Shown here piece after piece: positions 34,916 to 46,520 of a DNA stretch of 64,000 bases (within the stretch, counting starts at the first letter, position 1; every line of letters starts with the position of its first letter). Source of the stretch: Octopus bimaculoides (Eukaryota). A program made the translations under genes and the position numbers. Location: NCBI RefSeq assembly GCF_001194135.2, contig NC_068981.1, positions 37,369,235 through 37,433,234 on the forward strand, given 5' to 3'. Under the pieces are notes generated by a model. The model was not told the DNA's origin and made no database searches. It saw nothing but the letters and a program-made list of their open reading frames with translations.

Positions 34916-36348
34916 ATGGAGAAGATTGAAATGGAAACATCTCATAAGTATGTACCTTTGCCTACTCATAAGGAGTACATTAAGGATATCATAGCTAAAT
35001 TCCATGGTCTCACCAGAAGAATGAAATGGAAGGCTCTATTCTTTGGCAAAGAAAATAGTATGGAAGGAAAATTAGACAATGAAACAAACAAAGAACTCAT
35101 TAAAATTAGAAGTAATTTTAAATCCTGGAAAGTCACCCCAGCAAACCGTATATTAGAAAATTTTGAAGACCTATGGAAACTACTTAGAAATATTAAGTTT
35201 AAAACATTTTCAGGAATAAACACCTGTGTAATTTGAATCATAAAGTTAATGAACTTCGAAAATTGAAAGGTATTATCATATAGACTGATAAAACCGGAAA
35301 TCTATACCACATAGATGTAGATCTATACCATAATCTCCTACACAAAGAAATTACAAAACAAATATAAGACAACAAACAAAGATGTTCTTAAATCCATTAA
35401 TATTAAAACCAAAGAAATAATGAGTGAATACAGAATTGACGAAGTAACTGAAGTTTATGAACCATTTAGACCTAGAATTAGCCTAAAAGACCACAATCCT
35501 AACTTTCACACCGATCCAAATGTAAAGCTCATCTGCCCTTGTAAATCTGACCTAGGAAAACTAAGCAAAATCATTATAGACAAATACCTGCAATTACTTA
35601 AATCCAAAATAAAACTCCACCTTTGGTCAAAAACACTAGATGCAATTAACTGTTTCACTAATCTACAAGATAAGACAAATTGTAAATTCATCCAACTGGA
35701 CATAAACAACTATTACCAATCTATTAAACTCATCTTACTAAATAAGGCACTTATCTTTGCCAAGAATAGAACTAAATTATTAATGAAAGAAATCATAATC
35801 ATACTTGAAGTTAGAAAGACTGTAATATTACATGAAGGTAAATTGGACCAGGAAAAAACACACTAGACTGTTTTGATATACCCATGGGTGCACAAGACAA
35901 CACAGAGGTAACCGACTTAGTCAGGATTTACCTGCTACACCAATTTAAAGAAGAATTCCCTGAATTAGAAGGTGGACTAGACTGTTCTTAGTTAGGAACA
36001 CCTCCAACAGAAAACTAGAACTCTACAAAAAGTGACTACATACTTTTTAAAAACCAATGACTATCTATTATCATTGAAAATGATAACAAATCTGTTACTT
36101 CCTAGACGTCAACTTCAATCTTAATACTTCTACCCACCAACCTTACCATAAACCTAACACCAATATAACATACATAAATGTGCATGGCAACCATCCAAAT
36201 AACATTATAGAAAACCTGACCACTAACATAGAGAGAAGAATAATTCTACTATCATCTTATGAGGAAATATTTAGCAAACACAAGGACTATTATAACCTGG
36301 CACTTAAGAAGGCAGGATATAATTATGAAATTAAGTATGAAAAACCAG
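34916..36348 (+). pseudogene. Naiad-type Penelope-like retroelement reverse transcriptase, disrupted
   Basis: KYVPLPTHKEYIKDIIAKFHGLTRRMKWKALFF; ISLKDHNPNF...KLICPCKSDLGKLSK; FIQLDINNYYQSI; FDIPMGAQDNTEVTDLVRIYLL; FLDVNFNL..HQPYHKPN..YINVHGNHP; LSSYEEIF..YYNLALKKAGY. The YRDD motif is deleted and frameshifts are present. Confidence 0.88.
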
Positions 36349-36662
36349 CTTTAAAGTATAAATATAAATTTTTTGAATCAGCAATGTTGTGTTCCGTTAA
36401 GTCCTATTTGGAGTGATAAATCAAAAAAACTGATTCCTTATAGGGTTTTCCATTCAATCAGGATGAAAAATCGATAAACCAATTTCTTATAGGATTTCTC
36501 ACTAAAACTGGCTACACCCCATTTTCAACCATAACTTTTACCAATTTTGATGTATTTTGTTCAAACTTGATGCCGACGTTACTTAGTTTGGTTTGAAACA
36601 AAACGCTTGATTAGCTTAATAATCCTAACTTAATCTCGGGCAATGCTGGGCTATACGGCTAG
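36349..36662 (+). mobile_element. Non-autonomous Helitron-type element
   Basis: 3' end ctcgggcaatgctgggctatacggCTAG|T (subterminal GC hairpin plus CTAG before T); the 5' boundary is approximate. Confidence 0.6.
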
Positions 36663-36679
36663 TATATACATACATACAT

Positions 36680-36689
<10 letters not shown>

Positions 36690-36712
<23 letters not shown>

Positions 36713-36716
36713 CATA

Positions 36717-36792
<76 letters not shown>
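36690..36792. repeat. (TA)n microsatellite
   Basis: Direct reading. Confidence 0.95.
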
Positions 36793-36793
<1 letters not shown>

Positions 36794-37869
36794 TCATAAA
36801 TCTGGATCTTTCTCCTATTTGTATCTACTGTCTCAATTTTCTGTCCCTTTTAAGTACCAAGTACTCTCTCATCTTTTTGTTATCCATTCCCGTATTCACT
36901 GTATCATGAAATAAAATAAAACATTAAATCTATCTGTCTCTATACTGAATACACCTCCTATACCACTACATTTATCTCACCACAAGTCTTAGCCTCCAAG
37001 TATTAGGCTTCAGTAACAATAGATAGCATTGCACCAGATACGATAGTATCTGATACCATCTATTCTCTTTTTTTATCTCTTTCTCTGTCTCCCAATTTTT
37101 CTTTCACTTTCACTAATAATTATGTAGCTGTCTTAGTATCTCTCTCACATCACTATGCCTCAGTAATAAGCAAAGAATTGCATCAGATATTATATTATCT
37201 GATAACCCACTATTCTTTCTCTTTTCTACAATATGCATTTTCTCAAAAGCATATCACCCGTATTAATCTCACTGCTCTTGGAGGATGTGAGAAGGTCAAC
37301 AGTACTGCCCAGTCTGCCAAAACATGCCTTGTAAAAGCAAATTTTAATTAGGTAATAAAAAACTAATTATAGAATCCTGAACTGAAGCTCAAAACAAGAT
37401 ATAAAATGAAATTCTGTTCACTAATTATAGATAATAGCTGCTTTAGTAGAGCTCATCCTGGCAGAATGAACTTCAGCTCAGCAACATAACATGAATATAG
37501 AATGCTTCTTTTGTCTCAGCATAACAAGAAAGCAAGGTGCTAGATCATTCCTACTCTTTATCAAAGTGATATTTATTTGTACATTGTACTTACAGTATTT
37601 ATTTCCAACTAAGGTTGAAATAGAAACTGTGACAGGATATAAACAATTTTATCTCAAGGGAGGTGACACCATTTAAATCAGAGCTACATAATGTGAAGAG
37701 TTGTTAGGCTAGAAATATCTCTTGTGTTTTTACAAATTAGACTGAAATCATCATGTAGCCATGACATTTAATACAGTTTGATAACAGGATAACTTTTAAT
37801 GACTATTTAGAGAATTTTCTAATTACATCATCAACATCATCATCATTGTCATCGTCATCGTCATCATTA

Positions 37870-38100
37870 TCTGTGTCATTATTTTAACATCCCTTTTCCA
37901 TACTTACATGGGTCCGAGGAACTTCATTAAGGCAGATTTTCTGCAGCTGGATGCCCTTGTTATTGTTAACTTTCACCTGTTTCTGGATAAAATGATATTT
38001 CCATATGGCTGGATATGTTTCACAGAAGATTGAACATGAAGTACACCATTTATATGACAGTGATGCTTGCTTACAATTATTAGATTATGTCCTGACAATG
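37870..38100 (-). mobile_element. (GAT)n-tailed retroposon subfamily B
   Basis: ttttaacatcccttttccatacttacatgggtc...gcagattttctgcagctggatgccctt...aatgatatttccatatggctgga. Confidence 0.75.
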
Positions 38101-38189
38101 ACACACATACGCACACCCTCCCCCCACACAGATGCCTCTACACATGCACACATATATACTTTTAGATGTATATATATATATATATATAT

Positions 38190-38340
38190 ATGCTGTTCCT
38201 TTCAGTTTCCATCTACCAAATCTACTTACAAGGTTTTAAATGTCTTCGGTCTATAGTAGAAAACGCTTGTCTAAGATGTGAGGCAATGGGACTGAACCTG
38301 AAATCAAGTGGTCACAAAGCAAACTTCGTCACCATGCTTA
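38190..38340 (-). mobile_element. CORE-type SINE head/body
   Basis: tttcagtttccatctaccaaatctacttacaagg...gcaatgggactgaacctgaaatcaagtggt. Confidence 0.8.
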
Positions 38341-39279
38341 CTTCTAGGAGGAAATAAATTATTTTGATTTTGTTTTATTTTAAATTATCAACAGTGAATT
38401 GTTTAAAGGGAGACATACAGAATATATAAAAGTTGATTATGAATATTCATGTAACAAGAAATAATATGCCTAGAGGAAGAAAATGCTCTACCTGAAGTCA
38501 CAAATTATTTTATTATTTTAAACTGACTTTTTCTAGCTGTATTTTATAATTTGATTACATTTTAAGAGTAAAATATTTTGAAATTATTCAAAAATACAAC
38601 TTTTAATTTTATTTTCCTAGGAATATGTTTCACAAAATCAAAAATAATCACAGCTTGTATTCAATAGCATAAAAAGATTTAAACAACTTTACTGCTTTAT
38701 CTGGAAAAAATTCTCAAATTAAAACAATGCCATTTTATAAAGTAGTTTTATAATAAATTGAATTGAAATTCACATTACATTAGTTTCTTCTATTATTTTG
38801 TCTTTTCAATTTTATGTTCCAGTTCTTTTAATTTTAGCTGCATCAGCCTTCCACTTTGAACATTGAAAATGTAGTATTAGAGAAATTCTGGTTGTATCAA
38901 ATATTCTAGGAAAGTATATTTGACATGAAATTAGAACTAGTACCAACTTTTGACTTAAGTGGACTGGAACATTTGGAGTAACTTTTACTTATATACCTTA
39001 ACTAATGAGCCACTTTGCTTTGATATAGTGTTTAAACTATTTCCTTCTCTTTTCCTTTGCCGTTTTGGCATATAAAAAGACATGCAATAAATCAACTTCA
39101 AACAATTAAATCCTTAATATTTCTGCAAGCACACAGTGCTTCACTCAGCCTGTTTAAAGGTGATAAATAGTATTTAATAATTAAATCCTGTTATTAATTA
39201 AAAAAAAATATGGGTACTGTCATTGTTATGCATTCTAAACTATTTAATCTTTCTTTCAATAATAGGAATTATGTTAAGG

Positions 39280-39480
39280 TGGTGAGCTGGCAAAATTGTT
39301 AGCATGCTGGGCAAAATGCTTACTGGCATTTTGTCTGTGTTTATGTTCTGAGTTCAAATTCTGCCAAGGTCCACTTTGCCTTTCATCCTTCTAGGGTTGA
39401 TAAAATAAATACTGAAGTAGGTATGCTCAACTTACAGCCTCCCCCGGAAACTTTCTGGCCTTGTTCCAAAATCTAGGGTT
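39280..39480 (+). mobile_element. SINE family M
   Basis: ggtggtgagctggcaaaattgttagcatgctgggcaaaatgctta...ttctgagttcaaattctgccaaggtccactttgcctttcatcc. Confidence 0.85.
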
Positions 39481-41924
39481 TATGTTAATCTGCATAAAGA
39501 TTGAACCATTTTTGTAAAGAACATTTTCTCTAACCCTGCTTACTACCAATCTATCAACCTTACTTTCAGCATCTCAAAAAATAACAAATAAAATAAACAT
39601 AGAAAAGCTGAAAGGTGGCAAACAAATATCCAAAATAAACAACAAACAAAAGTAAAGTATGTTACATAATTATCAGCAGCAGCAACAGCAATAGAAATAG
39701 TCACATTACATTAATAACAATCTTATCATACATTCTAAGACAATAACTTTATCAAGCGTTTTCTCATAAACCATCCACCATAAACCAAACAAAGAGAACA
39801 CAGAAAAATGTATATATACTGTCTAACTAGGTCTACTCAATGAAAAGTGACCTGAAATCTAGAGCAATAACAACAATAGGCATAATTCCTACCATGTATC
39901 CTTGCCTGAACCCTGTACTTAAACACTTTACCAAATTATTCTTCTCCAGGACTGTAGCCCTTTAAAATTGTCTTCCTGCTTATATTTTTTCCTTGCAAAC
40001 ATCAGTTTCATCTATTTTCACCCCATTCACCATTTTCCCTACCAACACTAATAGCATCAATTTCCTTGAAATGTCTTCCTTCGAAGATCGTGGTGTTTCC
40101 CCTCATTTTCTAATAAGATAAAGATTATAAAACAAAAGCATCTTTGTAGCAGTCTCAATAAAGATTTCACGTATTAACATTTACAAATCGCTTTTCACAT
40201 AAATTTTTTAAGTGATTGTTGTAAGTCTATATTATTACTCAACTGAGGTAAGTATTGACTATTTCCTTATCTACATGAGGAGGATCTAATCAAGAGAATT
40301 CAATCAATTTGAACATCAATGATGTTACAAGTAGAAAGGTAAATAGTAACAAATAATTGTGCTTAAGACAGAGTGTATACCAAGTTTTATTGGTTAATTT
40401 ATAAATGGTGAAACTATTTCAGATATAATTGAAATGAAAGTGTTTCTGTTTTAAGTATGGTGCTTTATAAAGCAGTAAATTGTCAGTTGTTATAGCATTT
40501 GGCTTGCAAGATTTGTTGTGGTTTTCTGTGCTCTGTATTCAAATACCACCAAGATCAACTTTTGCTTTTCTTCATTGCAGGGTCAATGAATGTAGTACCA
40601 GTCCAGAGTGGTAGCTTGACACAATTGCAGGTGGAATATCTTCTGGTATTTGTGAGCCATTAACTTGTAAGAAATGAAGTTGTATATAATATGTAGCACA
40701 AAGTAGTATTCTTTAGAGTTACTTCTAAGAGTTATGGTAGTTGTTGCTCAACTTTAGATTAACTCAGCTGAGTAGATTAATGACCAATGATATTCATCTA
40801 TGATTCATTTTTACTATATTACAATATTGTCTACTGTATGAATTATTTATTCAAAATGGTGGGGAATAATTTGAGGGAAATTTAGTTGTTAATTCTGGCA
40901 GACCAAATGATCTTGTAGAAGCTCATTTGACTATCTATTAGAATTATTTTCCATATATCAAGTGGTGTATGATAGCATCACTGATTACAAGTTTTTAATG
41001 GAATAATCATTGGTGTGTGTTACAATGGAGTGTCTTTAGCTTGATACAGAACAAATATTTCACAGGATTTCATTCATAAAGCATAAATTTCTTTGTCTTT
41101 GTCTATGCCAATTATCAATATACATCAACAAAACATTTACCCACATATTTATGAACATAAAATCTGACTTCTGCATAGTTTTCATCAACCTAATTCAATT
41201 TACACAGTATTGGTTTACTTAAGAATGCTATGGACTGGTATTGAACCTTTCTTCATGTGGTTGTGATGTGACCTTAACCACGGCTATATGTGCAATCATA
41301 TGAAAGTGTTTTATGTATTAGTTATTATACAGAAAAGCTGGACTTCTAATTTGTTTCTGCATGTTTGGAGTTGGTGTGCAGCTGCACTGATCTAGTCTAA
41401 CAAGATAAGACTGGAAAATTGCCAAAGGGTGGATATTATTTGGAAATTTTTCAGAGCTATTTCACTGTCTTTGATACAAATGTTTTAGAAAGACGGAAAC
41501 TATTATGTCCAACATTCTTGTTCACTATTGTTTAGAATAATATGGATCTAGTATAACACCCTGCCAGTCAATGGTCATTTCTATTTTAGAGCTATGTTCA
41601 AATAGTTTTTTAAATATTTTTTCTGCTTCTTGAAATGCATGAAATAACTGAACATGAAAGTTTGAATGCTTAATCAATGAATACTCTAAGTTCTCCTGCT
41701 TAATGTCACACAAGTAGGAATGGCTGTGCCTTTAAGAAGTTTGCTCCATAACTATGGTCTTCTGGATTTGATTCCACTATACCAAATTTATGAAAGTGTA
41801 TCTCACTGTAGCCACACCTGTCTTTGTCTTTTGTTTTTTGTAAATTTCAACTATTAATATATATATATATAACCAAATTGATAGATAATGTAGGCATGCA
41901 TGTATGTATGTATATGTATACTGC

Positions 41925-42050
41925 TCGGGTATGGCTGGGTAGTTAAGAAATTTGTTTAAGATCCAGTTCGTTGCATGACACCTTGGGCAAGTTTCTTCTA
42001 TTATAACCTTGCATGGACCAAAGCCTTGCATATTAATCAAGCCTCACTGT
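41925..42050 (+). mobile_element. CORE-type SINE head/body
   Basis: tggctgggtagttaagaaatttg...caccttgggcaagtttcttctattataacc...accaaagccttg. Confidence 0.75.
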
Positions 42051-42199
42051 CACAGATCCAAGGTTGTTTGTTTCCAATTTTCCATAAATCATATCCAACT
42101 TTGCTTTGGGAAAATGTTACTTTCTATGGAAACAGGTAAGGGTTAGTGACAGGAAGGGTGTCTGGCCATAGAAAAATCTACCTCAATGTATGTGATGTT

Positions 42200-42570
42200 T
42201 CTTTTTTAAGTCTGGAACTTATTCTATCAGACACTTTTGCTGAATTGCTAAGTTACGGGAATGTAAGCAAATCAACACCACTTGTGGAAGTATTGGTAGG
42301 GGACAAACAAAAGCTATGCACACTCATACATACTCACACACACACACACATGCACGCACACATATGTGCACTCACACATATGCACATACACACACATACA
42401 TATATAACACAAGCTTCTTTCAGTTTCCATCTACCAAGTCCACTCACATGACTGGTTGGCCTCAGGCTATTGTAGAAGACACTTGTTCAAGGTGCCAATG
42501 CAGTGGGACTGAACCTAGAACCTTGTGCTTTGGAAGCAAACTTCTTATCACACAACCACACCTATTCCTA
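42200..42570 (-). mobile_element. Composite CORE-type SINE
   Basis: cttattctatcagacacttttgctgaattgctaagttacggg..., CA microsatellite, then tttcagtttccatctaccaagtccactcac...cagtgggactgaacc. Confidence 0.8.
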
Positions 42571-43829
42571 TGTATATATATAAATATATATATATATAAA
42601 AGAGAAAGAGATATATATAGAGAGAGATCTATGTATTTACAATGGGCCTCTGTACAGTTTTTCTTATTAGTTCTACTAAAAAGACATTGGTCTACCCAAG
42701 ATTGCAGTAGAAAACACTTGCCTAGGGTATCAAGGTGTCAAACAAGGAGGAGTCTAACACCACATGGTAATGAATCAAACTCTGTATCCAGAAAACTTTG
42801 TCTATAATATTCTTAATTTCAACCAACACAGCTGTTTCACTATGCCCTTTAGTGTACAATTACCATTCCATCTAAATTATAAATCTTGATTGAATTAAGT
42901 TTAATAACAACATATTCACCTTATTAAATATAGCTGTAAGCTGTCACTTCAATATTCTGTCTGTTTAATGAGTGTTTGCCAACATAGATATTATCCAATC
43001 ACAACTCATTCTGTGTCAGACTACATCACTGCTTATCCTCCAAACAGGAAATGAAGTAACTAAAATAAGTATACAGCAATCCATTAGGCAGATATTTTTG
43101 TGTACATAGCATATGTATATGGAAACCAAAATTATAATGGTTAAGTAAAAATCATGTATAAGCAAGTTAAACCAAGGATATAGAATATAAATATCAGAAC
43201 AAAAACCAAAAGTACCAGTTTCGTTTGCTTATTTCCCTATTAAGGACATCATTTCAATGCAGACTCCATTAAACGATTAGTACAAGGAAGACATAATAGA
43301 AAAAAAAAAGATTTTTTTTTTGTTTTTGCTTAAAAAAACATGGTTTGAATTCAATGAAAGTGCATTTTCAAAGTTGAGAATCTTGTTTGTCCAGTTCCCC
43401 GACAAACATACCTTGAATTTAATCATTACAGCAAAAAATATCGCAGCCAAATAAATAAGGAAAAAAAAACGTAGAAAGAATAAACTTCAAATATATATAT
43501 AAAAAAAAAAAAAATAAAGCTTTCCTTCAAATGAAGAAAATTCATGTGTAGCCATTATGAATTTGTCTAAATAAAAATATATGTAGGGTTGGTTACTTAA
43601 GTAAAACATGATCATTTTGGTTGAATGTTTACAGTCAATAATTTGGAGGCAAATATTAACAAAGGCATTGGATAAATATATTCATAAAATTTAGCTTGTA
43701 TGAAAATATTTAGTATGTCAAATCTATATAACATTTTTTAAAGAATAATAAGGCATGAAGCAGAATATATGTGTGTAGTTATGTTGTACACACATATGCA
43801 CATGTTTTCTTTTATTCTTTTTATACTTT

Positions 43830-44210
43830 TAATTGTTTCACTCATTTGACTGTGGCCATGCTGGAGCACAATCTATACTTGAACAAATTGACCCCAGGAC
43901 TTATTCTTTGTAAGCCTAGTACTTATTCTATTGGTCTCTTTTGCTGAACTGCTAAGTTATGGGGATGTAAACACACCAACATCAGTTGTCAAGCGATGGT
44001 GGGGGTAGACAAACACAGACACTCAAATGCATACATATGTATATATATATATATACGACGGGCTACTTTCAGTTTCTGTCTGCCAAATCTACTCACAAGG
44101 CTTTGGTGGGCCAGTAGAATACACTTGCTCAAGGTACTATGCAGTGGACTGAACCTGGAATCATGTGGTTGGGAAGAAAACTTCTTACCATACAGCTACT
44201 CCTGAGCCTA
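43830..44210 (-). mobile_element. Composite CORE-type SINE, near full length
   Basis: tcatttgactgtggccatgctggagcac...gacttattctttgtaagcctagtacttattctattggtctc..., TA microsatellite, tttcagtttctgtctgccaaatctactcacaaggc...cagtggactgaacctggaatcatgtggttggg. Confidence 0.88.
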
Positions 44211-44344
44211 TGCAGCCACTCCTGCACCTATATGTATATGCATATATGTATATGAGTGTGTGTGTATGTATGTATGTATGTATGTATGTATGTATGTATG
44301 TATGTATGCATGCATGCATGTATCTATGTATGTATGTATGTATT

Positions 44345-44490
44345 TAGGCACTGCTGTATTTGTGTGGTAAAGATGCTTGGTTCCCAATCATATGGTCCTT
44401 ATGCACGGTGCCACGGGTAAGAGTCTTCCATTATAGCCTCAGGCCAACAAAAGCTTTGTGAGTGGATTTGCTAGATGGAAACTGAAAGAA
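44345..44490 (+). mobile_element. CORE-type SINE head/body
   Basis: gtgtggtaaagatgcttggttcccaatcatatgg...gtgagtggatttgctagatggaaactgaaagaa. Confidence 0.8.
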
Positions 44491-44509
44491 TCCTCTCGTG
44501 TGTGTGTGT

Positions 44510-44700
44510 CATTCTCTTGATATCACATGATGGTTGTAAATGTGATACAAGTGTTGTTCATTTCCAGTCTTCTGCAGATAAGGTTTTTGTTCGTGCAGAA
44601 ATATTACCTTACTTGGAAACAGTTGAAGGTTGGCAACAGGAAGGGCATCTGGCTGTAGAAAATCTGAATCATGCAATGGAAAAGTGGACATAAAATGTAT
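44510..44700 (+). mobile_element. (GAT)n-tailed retroposon subfamily B
   Basis: gaaatattaccttacttggaaacagttgaaggttggcaacaggaagggcatctggctgtagaaaatctg...catgcaatggaaaagtggac. Confidence 0.8.
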
Positions 44701-46273
44701 ATAAGTATCTATGTATCTCTCTGTCTATTTGTGTGTGTGTATGTGTGTGTTTGTGTGTGCATGTGTATGTGTTTACATATGCAATATATATGTATTTGTA
44801 TATTTGTATCTGCATATATATGTACACATAACTACACACTCATACACATATGCTAGTATATGCAGTTATATATACACACACACATGCATGCACACACACA
44901 CACATAGAAAGAGAGAGAGAAATACACACACCCACAAACACACACACACATATATATACAGAGAGAGATTTAAAAGAGAAATGTGATACTGTGGACCATG
45001 TCATTTTCTTTCAGATATTTAATGTTTAAAACTGTCTTTTATACACTAACAAATGATGTATGGCCCTATAATTCACTGGAATTTATTTCTGCACCATGCT
45101 CAACTGAAAAGTTGATGTGGACACTTTATTTTTATGCTCAAAATTTTAAAGATAACAAAAGTATGTTTGTGAACATGTGTGTGAGTGTCTGTGTGTGTAA
45201 GTGCATGTCTGTCAGTATGGTAATAGGGAATGGCTACAACACAATAATTACTCTTCTTATAACTGTTTTCAAAAGATAAGGTAATGCAAATTTTACTGAC
45301 AACAGATACAGAGATTAGCTGTTGAATGTTATCTTATCCTAGCTTTCACATTTTTGAGTTCAAACTTGATCAAAGATAACGTTACTTATTTGGTTTTTTA
45401 AAATTCAGGTACATTAAGATATTTACTTGTGTTGTACTTAATATATTTCATTTCTGAATTTGATTTGCAAGATTCTTGAGTGAACTTGTGTGTTCAATCA
45501 GATATTGTATCTCACAAGAGTCATTATGCCAATGTGTGTGAGTGTGTATGTTTATTATTGGTATAATGGCTCTTATAAGATACAGCAAAATACTTAATAT
45601 ACTCGATTGGATTCCATCAGCTTTATGTCTTTACACACATAAACACATATATGTATATGTGTACATATATGCACACGCACATTCCATTACAAAAAATGTA
45701 AAGTAGACGTGAAACAAATTTCTGCCTAATTAAGAAATATTAATTCTAGTCATTTAGTAAAGAAGAAATTGAAAGAAGCTAACATTTTGCTTCTAATAGT
45801 CATTTATTGAGAAGAATACTTGGTCCTGAGCATAGAGTAATGTTAACACTTTCAATGTACATCTCTAGGATGCATCATTACATAACCAGCTCAAGTAGAC
45901 TAAGAAAATATATCTGCATAATGATTTTGTTGAAGAGTGCTTCTGAGTAAAAGATTTCTTCTAACTGAAAGTAATTACTTAATAGATATGTAAAATTAAT
46001 GGAACATTAAGTAAATTGATTGTTATCAGTAGCAAATCAATTTATCACCTGTTGTTGTTATATGAGAACCAAAGTAGATGACTAAATGTAGTATTTAATG
46101 GAACTATTTTAAATGTAATTCTTTGTCCTTCAGTTATATGATAAATTTGTAAGGGAATGTCTTATTATTAGCTAATATAACCACAGGTTGATAAATGTAT
46201 GTGAATCTAACTTTGAAATGGGGTTATTGTGCAGCAGCCATTACATGCAACATATCAAAACATTGGTATTAAC

Positions 46274-46520
46274 CAGCAATTCCCAACCTATGGGTCAAGG
46301 GATAATCCTGAAAGACAAAATATAAAATGCTCAAGAGTATGTTATTGAACCAACCATAGACATAAGGACTACAACAGCAACAGCAACAAAGTTTACTGGA
46401 AACAAAAATGAAAAATATTTCCCAAAGAAAAGTTTTGAATATATCAATGAAAAATCACAGGCAGAAGATTATAGATTAGCCTGAATGGGTCACAGAGGTA
46501 AAACTGGCTGGGATCCACTG
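46274..46520. mobile_element. hAT (Charlie-like) MITE
   Basis: Degenerate TIRs cagcaattcccaacctatgggtc and gggtcacagaggtaaaactggctgggatccactg; 8-bp flanks gtattaac / gtatagat (5/8 match). Confidence 0.6.

Noticed and set aside
41525-41713. ORF with faint resemblance to a Tigger/pogo C-terminus
   Set aside because: The similarity is too weak, and no TIR or DDE motif was found nearby.
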